Shown here: piece by piece, positions 23,305 through 37,534 of the stretch | How the letters are laid out: each line of letters opens with the position of its first letter | Numbering within the stretch: the first letter of the stretch is position 1 | NCBI GenBank assembly: GCA_964016885.1 | Contig: CAXHJY010000413.1 | Location: 60,405-124,404 of the forward strand | DNA: 64,000 nucleotides | DNA from: Eledone cirrhosa | Lineage: Eukaryota | Direction: 5' to 3' | Position numbers and translations under genes: made by a program | The notes under the pieces: generated by a model | What the model was told of the DNA's origin: nothing | What the model saw: the letters and a program-made list of their open reading frames with translations, nothing else | Database searches by the model: none

Positions 23305-26300
23305 TTATCTCTTTCTCTTAATTTCGAGTATATTTTTTTTTTACCGGCCACCTTCCTGGTGGCAAGGTTGTAAAAGAAAAGAAATTATCATCCCTTGAAT
23401 CGCAAGAATGTTTTGCAAATTTTGAAGGTGCCAGCTATCGCAGCCATTTGTAGACTATGAATTAGGGAGCTGCGCTTTTTGTCCGCAAATCCAAGTTCAG
23501 TCATACTTTGGTCCAAGCGGGTTGGTATATAACCCGTAGCTCCAATAATGATGGGTATGAAGCTAAAGGTGTATCTTGGATACTAAATTTGTAAACTCCT
23601 CATCAATGGTCCGCAGATGTCCTCCTTCTCCTATATTTTTCTGACAACGTTTACACAAGTGGGCAGCTGATCTCCACAACAGAATACGTTTTCAATGTGT
23701 GGTCCCAAACAACAATATCAGGCCGGTTGTGCTTTAATTTGGTGGCAGTTTTTATTTTCAGGTTCCACCAGTATTCCTTAGTGCCATATGTCTCAATATA
23801 TTCTTCCTCGTTTGTTGTTAATTTTGTTTTCCGAAGTGCGTTCCAGATGGTTCTAGCTATCCCATCGTGTCTCATGGGGAGGTAGTAGCGAGATGACATT
23901 CTTTCGCAGCTGGCAACAATGTGGCTTACATCCTCGATCTTTGTTTTACATAGCCTACATTTATTGTCAGCTGCTGGCCCTCCTCTTTTGTGCAACAGAT
24001 ATTTGGTAGGGAGTTCTTGTTCCTGTATTGCATAGAGATATCCCTCAAGGTGTGATGTCATAAACTTGTCGGAACTCCATGCCAGGCTTTTTGAGTGGTT
24101 TATCCCCTCTATGGTCTATGTTTTACGCCTCAAGTATCCATGCACAACTTTTTCTGTAAATTGGTCAATTTTTTTTATCTTGTTTGAACATTGAATAGGA
24201 TCTTCCGATTTCTCTGGGTGAGAGATTTATATCAGGCTTTATTCCATATCTCTCCTCCAGATCAGTCGCTATTCTAATGATATTTTTTTTTTCATGCTCA
24301 TAAACCTGGGCAAGATGTTTGCCAACCTTTTCCCTCTGTTGAAGGTGTTGCTTCAGTGTTACTATCCGGGTCTCATATGTTGTTAATATTGATTTTAGAC
24401 CCCGGCCACCTTGCTTGCGTGAGAAGTATAGCCTATCCACATCACCATTGATGTTAAAGTTCCCAGTAACACTGAGAAGTTTTCGAGTTCTAACATCCAT
24501 CTCACTTAGTTCTTGCAATTACCAGTTCAGCAGGCCAAATGTTGGCGTTAGAATTGGCACAGCATAAGTATTGTGGGCAATGTATTTGTTGCATGCTGAC
24601 AGTTCTGATGACCATATTTTCTTCACTCTTCTGAGGTATTCAGTTCTGGTTCTTTCCTTATTTATGGGTCCATCATATCTGACATTCTCATCCTGTCCAA
24701 AATATCTGTAGTTGTCACCTGACTGCAGAGGTTGTATTGTCAGGCCGTTCATCTCTAGATTTCTAGAGGAGGGCACAGCTCTTCCACGTTTTACTGCCAA
24801 ATATGTACACTTGGACTCACCAAATTTCATTTTGATGTCGGTTGAAAATTGTGTAATGAGGTCCAATTGTTTCTTGATGTCATTGATATTTGGCCCATAC
24901 AACTTCAGGTCATCAACAAAGAAAAAATGGGAGATACTTCTGGGCCCACTTCTTTGTCCACCTTGTTTCCTGATTAGGTAAGATAGTGGATTCAGTGAGA
25001 GAACGAAGAGTAGCACTGACAAGCTATCACCCTGAAAGATGCCCTTCTGGTAATGTATCTTATCAGTCTTAACTTGCTCCTTCTCACCTCTAAGGATCAA
25101 ATTGGTGTACCAGTTCTCGGTCAGGCGTTCAACAGCAGCTACCAATGGTTGTGGGACTTTAGCTAACTGTAAAGCCTTAATAATCCACCCATGAGGTACA
25201 CTATCAAACGCTTTTTGATAGTCCAGCCACACCACAGTCATGTTTCTGCGATTCTTTGTTGTTTTTTCCTGAATCATTTTGTTAGTTAGTAGGTGATCTA
25301 TGCAACCCCACACCTCCCTCTTTCCACCAGCTTGCTCAGGTGTTATGATGTTGTTGGTAGCACAGTGATCCTGTAAGAACAGGTTAAGGCACCCAGTATA
25401 TAATTTATACATGATGTTTTGGCAGGCTATTGGGCGGTAATTTTTAGCAAGGGTGGTTTGGCTATTTTGGGGAATGAGGAGAGTAGTGGCAGTTGATAAC
25501 CATCTGGGCAGTTCTTGTGTGCTTTTAATGGTTTCTGTAAACAGCCGTATGAGATCTTGCCGATAGAAAGTGAAATTCTTCAACCAGTATCCTGTAATGA
25601 GGTCTGGGCCTGGCGATTTCCTATTCGACATTTTCTGTAGAGCTGTTTCCAGTATTGACCCATTTATGTCGTATTGTTTTATCTGGACATGTTGGCAGTA
25701 GTCCTGTTCCAGTTCTTTTAGCCAATTAGCTTGTCTGTTGAATCCGTCATCCGTTTCCCATACAGATCTCCAGTAGCTCTCAACCTGTTCTTTTGAAGGG
25801 GGTGTCGTTTACAGGGATTGAGCTTTTGCCACCGAAGCTGCGATAAACTGATTTAGGATCTCTGGCAAACAATCTATTTAGCACTTGTCGTTTATGTGCT
25901 GTTGACTTATATTTTAGTCTTTCTGTTGTAGCTGTGAGGTGTTGTTTCAACTGGTGTAATTTGGAGTTCAAAGTTTTAAATTTTGTATCTCCAAATCGTC
26001 TCTCTAACTTTTTCTTTAGGTCTTCCTGGTGTCGTGTGAAGTTGCTCTCTATGTTGCATTTCATAACGACTGCGATGTGTGAGATACTTCGTCTCAGGGA
26101 CAAAATTTTGGTTTTTAAATTTCGCATCCACGCTGGTTCAGACTTTCTGTTTGTATCTCGATTGCGTGGTTTTAGATGTGTGTTATATGATAGCAATGTG
26201 ACAGCTGAAACAAAACATTAAGCGTTTCAAATGTCGTTTCTACACCTTTAGATCGTATAGCCTTCAGATAATTGCCAGCTATTTCGTTCACCGCTTCCGA

Positions 26301-27045
26301 TTCCAATTTAGTGGGTTCTTTACTGATTCTGGTGTTGTATGGTCTGTCACTCACATTAAGGCTGTGTATCTCTTGAAACATATCGTTCCATATCATTTGT
26401 AGGGTGCCCACAAGTTTTTGGTGCTCTGTTTGTTCAGTAGAGTCATGAATTTCAGCCTCGTTGTTGATGTGGTGACAATTACTACTAGAGTTAGCTGACC
26501 TTTCTCGCTGTTCTTCAGTGGAAGTGGGATGGATTTCAGCAAAATTGTTGGTGAGCTGTTCACTGTTAGATTTAGCTGGCCATTCTCTTTGTCTGTCAGT
26601 GGAGGTGGGGTGGTTGTCTACAAGGGCTGTATTTGTAGTGTCACTCAATTCCGTTAGATGTATCAATTTACATCTAATGATACGTTTTGCCTGTTCATTT
26701 AAATTCTTTGGGGAAAAGTCTAATTCTGGGTGTTTGGAGTTCCATAGAGTTTGCATAAAACCGAACTTTTGGGGTTCAGATTGTTTGTATGCTTCATATA
26801 ATACTTTGTTAAGCTCGTAGCTCCACTGTATACAACGGTTGTAGTTGCGATTTGTTCGAAGGAGACTTGTACTTTTTGCCATGATGAGTTCGTCTATTCA
26901 CTAATATTTCGTATTTATTTTTCAAAATAGTCGATGATCTTTAAAAGTTTCGACAAAGTTCTGTCAGAATCAAATTTAAAGTTATTCACAGCTTGGGTAA
27001 TATTTCTTTTCAGTTAGTTTTTATGGGTAATATTTCTTTTCAGTT
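23305..27045 (-). mobile_element. Near full-length R4/Dong-like non-LTR retrotransposon (RT + CCHC + RLE), family 1, disabled
   Basis: Motifs KSPGPDLITGYWLK, YRPIAC, WLDYQKAFDSVPH, GIFQGDSLS, FVDDLKLY, GGRGL, CRLC..H..SC, RHD and KHNRPDIVVWD..VEISCP. The ORF is broken by a stop at 24519 and by frameshifts. (CATA)n lies on both sides. Confidence 0.9.
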
Positions 27046-30000
27046 GTATGTATGTATGTATGTATGTATGTATGTATGTATGTATGTATGTATGTATGTA
27101 TGTATGTATGTCCGGGAGAGATGACCCCTTAGCCTTTGTCAAGGTAGAATTCTAGGTGAAGGAAAACTCTGATATAACACCTGCAACCCTGATGGTATCC
27201 AATGATGTTGACTTGTTCTTCGTTTTGGTAAATATCATCTTGGTTAAGAGAGTGGGACTGGTTTTGTGCAGTGCCTTTGCTCACTATAAAAGCTTCACGG
27301 CACAGGCATTGCTTCATATCTGGAGATCTCTCTGCACTTGTCGTCACATGGTGCCATGGGCCCAGCACTATGTGTCGATAATTGTCACAGGTGTAGTGTT
27401 TGTACCAGAGTTTTCAAGTCGCTGGCTGGACTAAAAAGTCACACTTGTTTAGCGCATCGGTAGGGGTTCTCCTACATGGATATAAAGTAGTGGCCGTACT
27501 CGAAAACGAGTTGGCAGCCACCATGTATGTATGTATGTCAGGTCACCAGTTGGTGTTACTGGTAACATGTTCGGGTCGTTGGCGACTAAACTGGCAACCC
27601 CACCAAGGTTTCTTGGTGAGGACGTTTACTTTGGGCATCCTGCAGGACTAAAAGCAAAACCTGTCAAAGAGCAAAGGAGCTCTTAAGAGTTAATGGCCAT
27701 CCAAAATCACCGGGAGAGATGAACCCTTAGCCTTTGTCAAGGCAGAATTCTAGGAGAAGGAAAACTCTGATATAACAACTGCAACCCTGAGGTGGCAGCT
27801 ACCATGTATGTATGTATGCATGCATGTATGTATGCATGTATGTATGTATGTTCTTCTGGTTTTATAATTTCACAAATTTTTACCAATAGAGAGAGAGTGT
27901 CGGTTTCTAACATAGACACAAGACTCTCTCATTGGAATTTACGAAGAAGTGTGGTAAGTAACCAGGTGGACCATAACGCACCAGAGTACTCGATACTTTG
28001 GGTAGTAGAGTGGGTAATAGGAAAAGAGTCAGGACCCTGACGGCAGAGCTCAAGCCGTTTCGACGGCTATTTCTGAGTCCAGAAATAGCCGTCTAAACGG
28101 CTTCAGCTCTGCCGTCGGAGTCCTGACTATTTTTGCTATATATATATATGTGTGTGTGCGTGTGCGTGTGCGTGTGTGTTTATGCAATGGCGATACTCGT
28201 GCAATGGTCAAACTAGATGTCGAAGAGGCAGCAACCATGTATGTACGGACGTACGGACGTAGGTTGGTACATACATATATTTCGGCCACTTGTATTCTTG
28301 ATCATATTCTAGCAAGGGTGAAAATATAACTCTATGTGCATGTTGACTTAATCCTAATCCTGGATAATCAAATGCACTACACCTTCCGAAAACCCAATGA
28401 AACCCTACTCTACATAAACCGACAATCTAACCACCCAAAGGCAATCGCCGAATCATCTCCCTCCGTATTTCACGCCTGTCTGCCAATGAGAAAATGTTCC
28501 ATGGAAATGCGCCACATTACAACTTGTAGCTAAAGGAAAGCAGATTCAACGAAGGACTACAAGTGCAATGTAACAGCCTACATCGGATTAACCGCATGCG
28601 AATTTAAAACAAGGTTCAAACCGCACCTGAACCGCTTTAGAAACCGGGCCCGGAGGAATGCTCAACACTATCCAGCCATATATGGGACCTCCGTGACTAT
28701 AATACCACATACGGCCTGAAATGGAGTACCTTGTCCAAGTCCAAACCTTATGCGGGGGGCCACCACACGTGCAATTTATGCTGAGAAGAAACCATCCAAA
28801 TTTTGTTCGCCAAAAAAACAACCCACCAACAGATTCTACGAAATAACACTAGGAATCAGGACCCAGAAAGACACCCAGCATATGTGCACACTGAGACACG
28901 TACACATACACACCATGATACAACACTATAGAAATACACTTATCTTTGTACACACACATGCAGCCACTTACATACCAATCAAACCCATGCTGCACAGTCA
29001 ACACAAAAGTTATACACACATACTCTCAAATAGGTGGGTATAACGACAGCAATGCAACTGCTACACAAAGACGACAACACTCCTCCGAGCACCCCATTAC
29101 AAAAGAAACAATACCAAAGATTTGTGGGCTGGGCATACCTTACGTAGGCACAGGCACACGCTGTAACCATAGGCAGACTAAATTGTACAACAAACAATTA
29201 CTCAATATAAATACACTCTCTATCACACAGACATTCCCTCACACGCACACCTACAGACACGGATTAACCAACATCTATTCAAGCATATACAGTGCCCCAT
29301 ACACATACTTCCTGGCCAATATTTCGATACACACGCATGCCAACAGCCACCTACACACCCCATAAGGTACACATGAACAACACTATAATCCTTACCAAAC
29401 TAACAACACTCACCCATACACTTTAAATTTGCTTATCATTTAGAATAAGGTACACATAAGCTACACCTCAAAACATACCCATAAGACCCCTACACACGCA
29501 TCCTAACACACATGCACACATAACCTCATATATTAACATATCTTAGCAGTAGACCTTTTCTAAAATATACACTTACACCGGTAAAATAACGCATAAGTTT
29601 CAGCATAAAGACATTCACCACCACACCTCGCAACAAATATAAATAAACAAAAGTCAATGACACAAAAACCCCAGTAAAATGCAGTCATAACAGATGAGAT
29701 ATAATGATATGGGACAGGGAAAAGAAGGCGTGCACAGCAGTGGAAGTTAGCTGCCCAGCAAATACCAATATAATATCAAAGATTAGCGAAAAGGAAAATA
29801 TTTATGAAGAACTAAAGAGAAATAAAAAAATAAACACACTCGAAACAACAACAACAATTACAATACCAACAAGCCGGGCAGTGATCATTCAAGAAAACTA
29901 AAAAATAGGTACTTTTGTCTACAGTCATATAAAATATGACTGGGTATAAGTCTGGGAGTGTGTGGGATTTTTTTGTGATGTCAGTGCCGATCTTGGGTCT

Positions 30001-30226
30001 GCGTGTTAGCTTGCGTGGGCCCACATGTGCTTATAATAGTGAGAGATGGGGAGAGCGGGAGATACGGAGGCAGTGACAGTGGGAGTTTGGTTCCTTTGTG
30101 TTCGGCGCAAGTAGTGTATATTTATATATTTATTTACCACACCACATATAAATATGACCTAAATTGATCCTAAATTCTCTCACTTCTCCAACCAGATTGA
30201 TGACGACCACACACACACACACACAC

Positions 30227-30301
<75 letters not shown>

Positions 30302-31021
30302 AAATCAAGATGACGCAGCAAAAGACATACACTTTGTTTTCCCTTGAAAATTCTACAATTCAGTCAAATTTTTCTCGGCTTTAATACCAACTGTTTCAGG
30401 CTGCCATATTGTCATGTTACTTCCGGGGAGATTCTTAAGGGAGTTTTAATGCTAAAGCTAGGGAACTCTAAAAAATCTCAATTAATTAATTGTCTACATA
30501 GACAATGAAACATACAAAAACACCCTTCCACATACGCGCAGACACACGTGTGCACACTAGAGCACACACTCACCCACACAACCACTCCTTGAATATATAA
30601 AAAAGAACGTAACAATTGATTTACAACTTTCATTAATAGCCTTTCCTTGTCAATATCCTTTCCTTGGCCGCTTAACAGTTAACGACACGTCAATCACCTT
30701 AGTCCACGCCCTTGACGAGACGGTTCACTCACAGCTGGTAGATTTATCCCCAGTCTGGAATTATCTGTCGAAACGGCAAGAGCTCACACGTCGGGCTCCT
30801 ATTCCCTGTAATATTATGCGTGTGTATATATATATATATATATGTGCGTGTGTGAGTGTGTGTTTGTGTGTATGTGTGTGTGTGTGAATTTCGTACATCT
30901 GATGATATACGGTATCTTTAATAAATAAACATTTTGAAAGCCTCAGCTATGAATACAAGGCTGACGGCCAGCGCCGTCTGGCGGAATCAATCAGAAAGAA
31001 GGGGGATAATTGTTTATGCAT

Positions 31022-32860
31022 TTCCACAGCAAAATCCACGTCAATAGATGGATACAGGGACACAACATCCATACTACCTATTATGCAGTTTGTTAGATCC
31101 CTAGATCGGTTACTCACGCCGATTCTGCTGAGGAGGTCCTCCGTGCTGTCACATACATCTGGGGACATTTCAATGATGGGGCGTATGATGGTATGGTGGG
31201 ACAGTAGACTTAAACTTAAACTTAAAGAACAATTAGAAGACCCCTTAACCCTGATAATGTACTCCCGCTACGTTGATGATATAAACATCGTAGTTAAGAC
31301 ACCCCCACTAGAGAACAGTCAGGAACTAGAGAAAAACACAATGGAAAGCATCCAGCAAATAGCAAACTCCATCCACCAGAGCATCAGAGTTACTATAGAC
31401 TACCCAAGTAAACACCCCAACCATCGATTACCTGTACTAGACACAGAGCTCTGGTTAGATACCATTAACAACAAAAAACAAATCCTCCATTCCCATTATG
31501 CCAAACCCATGACTTCCAAACATCTGATCCACCGAAACTCGGCCATTTCGGACCATACCAAAATCAACATACTGATTGCGGATTTGGTACGGGTGATGAG
31601 AAACGTGTCCCGCATGTGCAACCTCGAAGAACTAGAGAGACACATACAACAATTCATCCACCGTATGCAGTTCTCTGGCTACAATCAGAGAGATAAAATC
31701 AGAGTGTATAGAGGAGCCAGAACCAAATGGGAAAAAATGGTAAATAATGACATAAATGGGACCTGCCGCTTGTATAGGAGCAAATTTTGGAATAGAATAG
31801 AAAGAACTAGGAACAAGGCTAATAGAATAAACTCATGGTATGATAGCAATAAATACCAGAGTGTAATGTTCATCGATACAACCCCTAGAGGCGAACTAGC
31901 CTACAAATTTAGAAGGGTCCTAAATAAACATAAACTCAATATTAAGATAGTAGAAAGACCAGGTACCTCCGTAAAAACACTTATTAGCAAGACATACCCT
32001 TTTAAAAGACTCTCATGTATAGATAAGAAATGTATAACCTGTAAAATAAGCCCCCATATTAACTGTAAAACTAGAAATGTAGTGTATAGCATAAGATGTA
32101 CTGAAGGACAATGTAGAGACAAAAATACAGTGTACATAGGTGAGACAGCTCGTAGTGTAGGGGAACGGATAAATGAACACTGGCGAGACCTTCAAGATAG
32201 TAAAGAATCATCTGTACTCTACCAACATGCTAAAATAGAACACAAGGGTAAATTAGAGAACATAGAAATAAAAATACAGTAGAATCTACACACAGAAAAG
32301 ACGCAATGTTTAGACAAATTACAGAGGCAATAAACATAAAAGAATTACAACCAAAATTAAATAGAAAATATGAGTGGAACAGCAACATCACAACTTACAA
32401 TTAAGGACAAAATGAAAACACACACACACATAGAACAAACAACCAACCAGTAACATGTAAATAAACAAATAAATAAATGAACATAAACACACACAGACAC
32501 CCGGATGTGGCGCATGCGCAGACTGAGCATACCACACACACAGAAACAAAATGGCGTAGGACAGAACAAAGGAGAGGCACAGAAACAAAGAAAGGAATCC
32601 CCAGTCACTGAAGAGGTCACAGAGTGTATGACGAAAGAACTATGACATTATATAAACAACTATCTGGTTGTGGAACCAACCAACCAGAAATTTATAAATT
32701 TGTAAATTTATTATAAATTTATTATAATAAATTGAAGTGAAAGCAACTGGTGCGTGTGTTTCTTATTGGCAACATGACCCTCCTAAAGTATAACAATATC
32801 GGTTTCAACACACGATTTCAGATAAAGAATCTTGCTAAACAAATTCAGAAACGAAATACA
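31022..32860 (+). mobile_element. Penelope-like element, 5'-truncated with an inverted 5' piece (RT + GIY-YIG)
   Basis: 399-aa ORF with YSRYVDD, LPVLD, HYAKP, a Cys cluster and NVVYSIRC..YIGETARSVGERINEH. RT motif SMDVVSLYPSI lies on the minus strand at the 5' edge. The CA-rich 3' UTR carries a hammerhead-like motif. Confidence 0.9.
32604..32646 (+). ncRNA. Minimal hammerhead-ribozyme-like motif in the Penelope 3' UTR
   Basis: GUCA-CUGAAGA-gGUCA(cagagugua)UGAC-GAAA-GAAC-UA-UGAC. Stems I and II have 4 bp and stem III is minimal. Confidence 0.65.
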
Positions 32861-32886
32861 CATATATATATATATATATAAATTCG

Positions 32887-32928
<42 letters not shown>

Positions 32929-33089
32929 ATGGCGAGTCAAACCATTGGGCTACTCGAGTACCGAAATTGTCAAGTTCATCTATTTAAAACCACTAGGAAG
33001 TGTCTCAGAACACTACGTTCATTCGTGATTCATAATACTTACAAAGGAGAACCACCACGGATGTACATGATAAAATGACATTCAGTCAA

Positions 33090-35671
33090 TCATATAGATG
33101 GCCTCCCAACAGCCCCGGCGGACAGAATGGAGAAGGCGTTCCCCCGGTAGACGACAAGGGAGACGCGCTGGAAGTGCCATTCCAACTGGCGTAACTCACA
33201 CCTGCGGCTGGCCAGCTCAGCGCCTATGGTGGTGAGTAGGGAGGTAGCCGTAGGGCCGAGGACACCAGAAGTCTCCACTGCCAAGGGTACGACGGCAAAC
33301 CTGTCGGAAAGCGACCGGTATTTGGAGAGTTTGGCCTCCTCAGCCCGACGTGCAGCAGAACCTGGGTTAGTTGCAGACTGCACCAGGTTGCAGCTGGAGA
33401 AAGTGTCGGTGCAAGTGGCATCCCAGACGAGGGGTTTGCCACCGCGGAACGGGAAGATGGTCATACCATCTAGCCTTTAATGATATCTCGGCCGCAATCA
33501 GTGTTTGCCTCAGAGAACACTGTCCTCCAACCTACTGAGGAGGTCCTGGCTGCCCTGCGACTCAAGCACACTGAGCCACCGACTGACCTCAGACCCATAC
33601 CCCCACCCGATCCTCACTTGCTCCTTCTGGCTTCCGACGCAGATATCATGACTACTATCAAGTCCTTCCCAGTTAGCAGCAGTGGAGGTGCTGATGGTCT
33701 CCGACCTGGCCACCTCAAGAAGTTACTATCCCCCCTCTTCGCTGAGGCCGGGCCCCGCTTTCTGAGTGCAATTGTGGCACTCACCAATAGGCTTATCCAT
33801 TGCGCCCTGGACCCTCATGCCCGAGGCCAAATTTTTTCGGCTAGCCTGACCGCTCTCATGAAAAAAGAGGGTGGCATACGCCCCATCGCTGAAAGCAATA
33901 TCTCCCGGAGGCTGGCTGCCAAGGAGGTCTGCAGGTCCATAACGGGTGAACTTGGTGTCGGCGTAACCGGTGGCTGTGAGGGAACCGCACATGCAACCAG
34001 GCCACCGGAACCGACATCCAGGGACTCCAGGTACCTCATCGTCAAGCTGGACATGAGGAATGCCTTTAACTGCATACGCCGGGACTATCTGCTCGATGCC
34101 TGTCTCAGCCGAGCCACCTCTGCCTACCCGCTGGCCTACCTGTCGTATGGGTCCCCGAACCAGCTCCTTGCTGCTGATACGATCATACCTTCGGCCACTG
34201 GGGTCCAACAGGGCGACCATTGGTCCCCCTCCTGTTTGCCCTTGGTATAGACCATCTTGCCCGGAGTATCACGGCCCCTCTCAACGTTTAGTATCTGGCT
34301 GATGCTACATTAGACGGATGCGTACAGACTATTTGCCATGACCTACTATCGGTGGTTCCTACCCTGGCGGAAGAGCTGAATGTCAGCCCCTCCGTCTCGA
34401 ACTTGCGGTCCATTCTTCACCAGGTACAGGTGACCCCCAAAGAGGATGTCCTCATCCTCGGGTCACCGATCCACCCACCGGCCATCCACTCCACCATCAG
34501 GTCCAGACTTCAACAACTCCAGACTCTCACAAGCCGACTGGGCTTGATCGACGGCCACCCAGCTCTCTTTCTCTTGAGGAACTGCTTCGCCATACCGAAG
34601 CTCCTCTATACCCTTCACAGCGCTCCGTGCTACACTCACACATCTCTCCTCGTTGACCTCGATACTTGTATCCGAGCAGCCGAGGAGATATGCGACGTCA
34701 GATTTGACGACATTGGATGGCAACAGGCCACTTTAACTGTCAGATATGGCGGCCTTGGACTCCAGTCCCCGATCTCACTGGCTTTGCCGGTGTTTCTTAA
34801 GTCGATACCCTCATGCCGCGTCCTCGTCAGCAGGGTTCTCCAAAACACAATAGAACCCTCTGTGATCAGGGAAACTGAAGCCGCCTGTGAGACGTGGGAA
34901 CGGCTGGCTGGAACGTAACCCAGTAGACGTCCCTCCCCCTTTTCCCCCTGGTGACGTCAAATCCCCCCAAAGCTTTTGAGATGCCGTCCAGTGCAGCTTA
35001 GCCTCAGACAGGCTCACGCGTCAGCTCGACCAACACCGCCTTGCCTGGTTTCGTGTGGCCTCCAAATCCCAAAGTGGTGCTTGGCTCCATGCCCTGCTCT
35101 CCTTCTCCACTGGGACGCAGCTAGATAACTATAGACTGCGAATCGGCGTTTCCTTGAGGCTCGGCCTCCGGATCTGCTAGCCACACCAATGTCGGTGTGT
35201 ATCCACAGTGATCCCTTTCGGCCTCCGCCCGCTTTCCTGTCTCCACAGTGCCGGCCGCCTTCCACGCCATGTTGCCCTCAACGAGGTCATAAAGCATGGC
35301 TTGGACGCTGCAGGCTTCCCTTCCCAGCTCGAGCCGGTGGGGGTGGACTGAGGCGACGACAAAAGGCCAGATGGTATGACCAGCACCTCCTTGGTGGGTT
35401 GGAGGACTGTGTCCTCTGAGGCAACCACTCTGACTGCGGCCGAGATATTACTAAAGGCTAGATGGTATGACCATCTTCCCGTTCCGCGGTGGCAAACCCC
35501 TCCTCTGGGACGCCACTTGCACCGACACTTTCTCCAGCCGCAACCTGGTTCAGTCTGCGACTAGCCCAGGTTCTGCTGCACGTCGGGCTGAGGAGGCCCG
35601 ACTTGCAGCAAATACCGGTCGCTCTCCGACAGGTTTGCCGTCGTACCCTTGGCAGTGGAGACTTCTGGTGT
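33090..35671. mobile_element. CRE-clade remnant with inverted 3' end, unit 2
   Basis: Duplicate of 5428-7952. The inverted C-terminus is complete (RGNAFSILS...*). Confidence 0.85.
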
Positions 35672-35923
35672 CCATACTCACAAAGGTATGACTTGAGTTG
35701 ACAAATTTCTCTATTGGTTTTACTTTACTATTTGTCAAAGAATATGACTTTGTTCCAACTCCATGAATCTATAATATTATAAAGCTGAGTGTCGTGTGTA
35801 TTATGTATGTATGTTCTTCTGGTTTTATAATTTCACAAAGTTTTACCAATAGAGAGAGAGTCGGTTTCTAACATAGACACAAGACTTTCTCATTGGAATT
35901 TACACAACATCAACTAGGTAGAT

Positions 35924-37534
35924 ATGTATGTATGCATGCATGCATGCATGTGTAGATATGGATGTTATTGTATGTGTGGATGTGTATGTTTTGAGTTGTA
36001 TGTGTGCATGTGTATATGCTTTGTATTTGTACATGCGTATATGCAGTTATTAGATGCAACATTTTTGGAATGTTTTACATATTTTTACTGTTCCAGTAAT
36101 GGATTGTACTTTTAATTTCCTAACTAGTTGTGTTCTTTCTGTTCCTGTGAAGCCTAGCTTCTCAAGATTTGTATTGAGGCAGTTACTAACATATCCCAGT
36201 GCCCCAATAATCACAGGCATAAATCTGAAGGTGTAATCAGGGTGGAGTATCTGCAGCTCTCTCATCAGTTCTGCATGAATATTCTCCTTTTCACTAATCT
36301 TTGATATTATATTGGCATCTGCTGGGAAGCTAATTTCCACTACTGTGCATGGTTTCTTCTCCCTGTCCCATATCATAATATCTGGTCTGTTATGCCTGCA
36401 TTTTATTGGGGTTTTTACTGGAACATTCCACCAGTACTCTTTCATATTATGTACATGGATGTCTTCCACATTGTTGTAGCTTTTAATGTGTTTATTATCG
36501 GGGCTATCTTTTTTACGAACTGCATTGTACAGTGTTTTGGCCACTACGTCATATCTCATAGGTAGATAGTACTGCGATGACATCTTTAGACAGCTCCTGA
36601 TGACATGGGTGATATCCTCGATGTTAGTTCTGCAGAGTCTGCACTTGTTATCACATCTAGGTGTTTTGCCTGCATCCCTATCTCTTTTGTGAATCAGGTA
36701 TGTTGTGCTACTCTCCTGTTCCTGGATTGCAAAAGCGTGTCCTTCAAAGTGGAAGCCAATATAGCGGTTGTTGGTCCAAGATAGACTACTTTCCTTATCT
36801 ACATTACTCTCACTCTGGAGCTTCCTGGCAACATATCCATGCATGATTTTTCTGCTGATAGGCATGCAGTTTTTCATCCATGGATTCACTGCGATACTGC
36901 TGAGCGACATCCCTGGGTGTGAATATCTCTCAAGGAGTTCCTTCCCAACTCTCATGATCTTATCTGTTTCATGCAGATAGACTTGCTCGAGAAACGGGCT
37001 CCTACGCTTCGAGGTTCGTAGATGTTGTCGGAGAGATATGATGCGACATTCAAATGTTGTCTGGACTGATGTTAGGCCTCTGCCTCCCTGCTTACGTTTC
37101 AAGTAAAGGTGGTCTATGTCACTGTTGATGTGGAAGTTTCCGGTGTTGTTCAGTATTTTTCGAGTTCCAACATCAACTGCTCGGATTTCGTCTATCGTCC
37201 AATTGAGTATTCCAACGTTGGTGTTAGGACAGGCACAGCAAACACATTGTGAGACACTGTTTTGTTTTGCACGGAGAGTTCCGATGACCAGATCTTTCTT
37301 AATCGTGTAGTATTCCCTGGTTACGCGTTCTTTATTAGATACCATTATAGGATATGTTCTCATCTATCCCCAGTTATCTGTAGTAGTCCTCATCAGATAT
37401 CGGTGAAACAGTTAGGCCATTGATGACAATGTTGCTAGATTGGGTTGTTGTTTTTCCCCGCTTTACAGTCATGTATGAGCATTTATCTTGGCCAAACTCC
37501 ATTCCTATATCCTTTGAGAACGTTGTAACCAGGT
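35924..37534 (-). mobile_element. R4/Dong-like element, family 2, 3' half (unit 2)
   Basis: Duplicate of 8205-9816 with the same junction. Confidence 0.88.
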
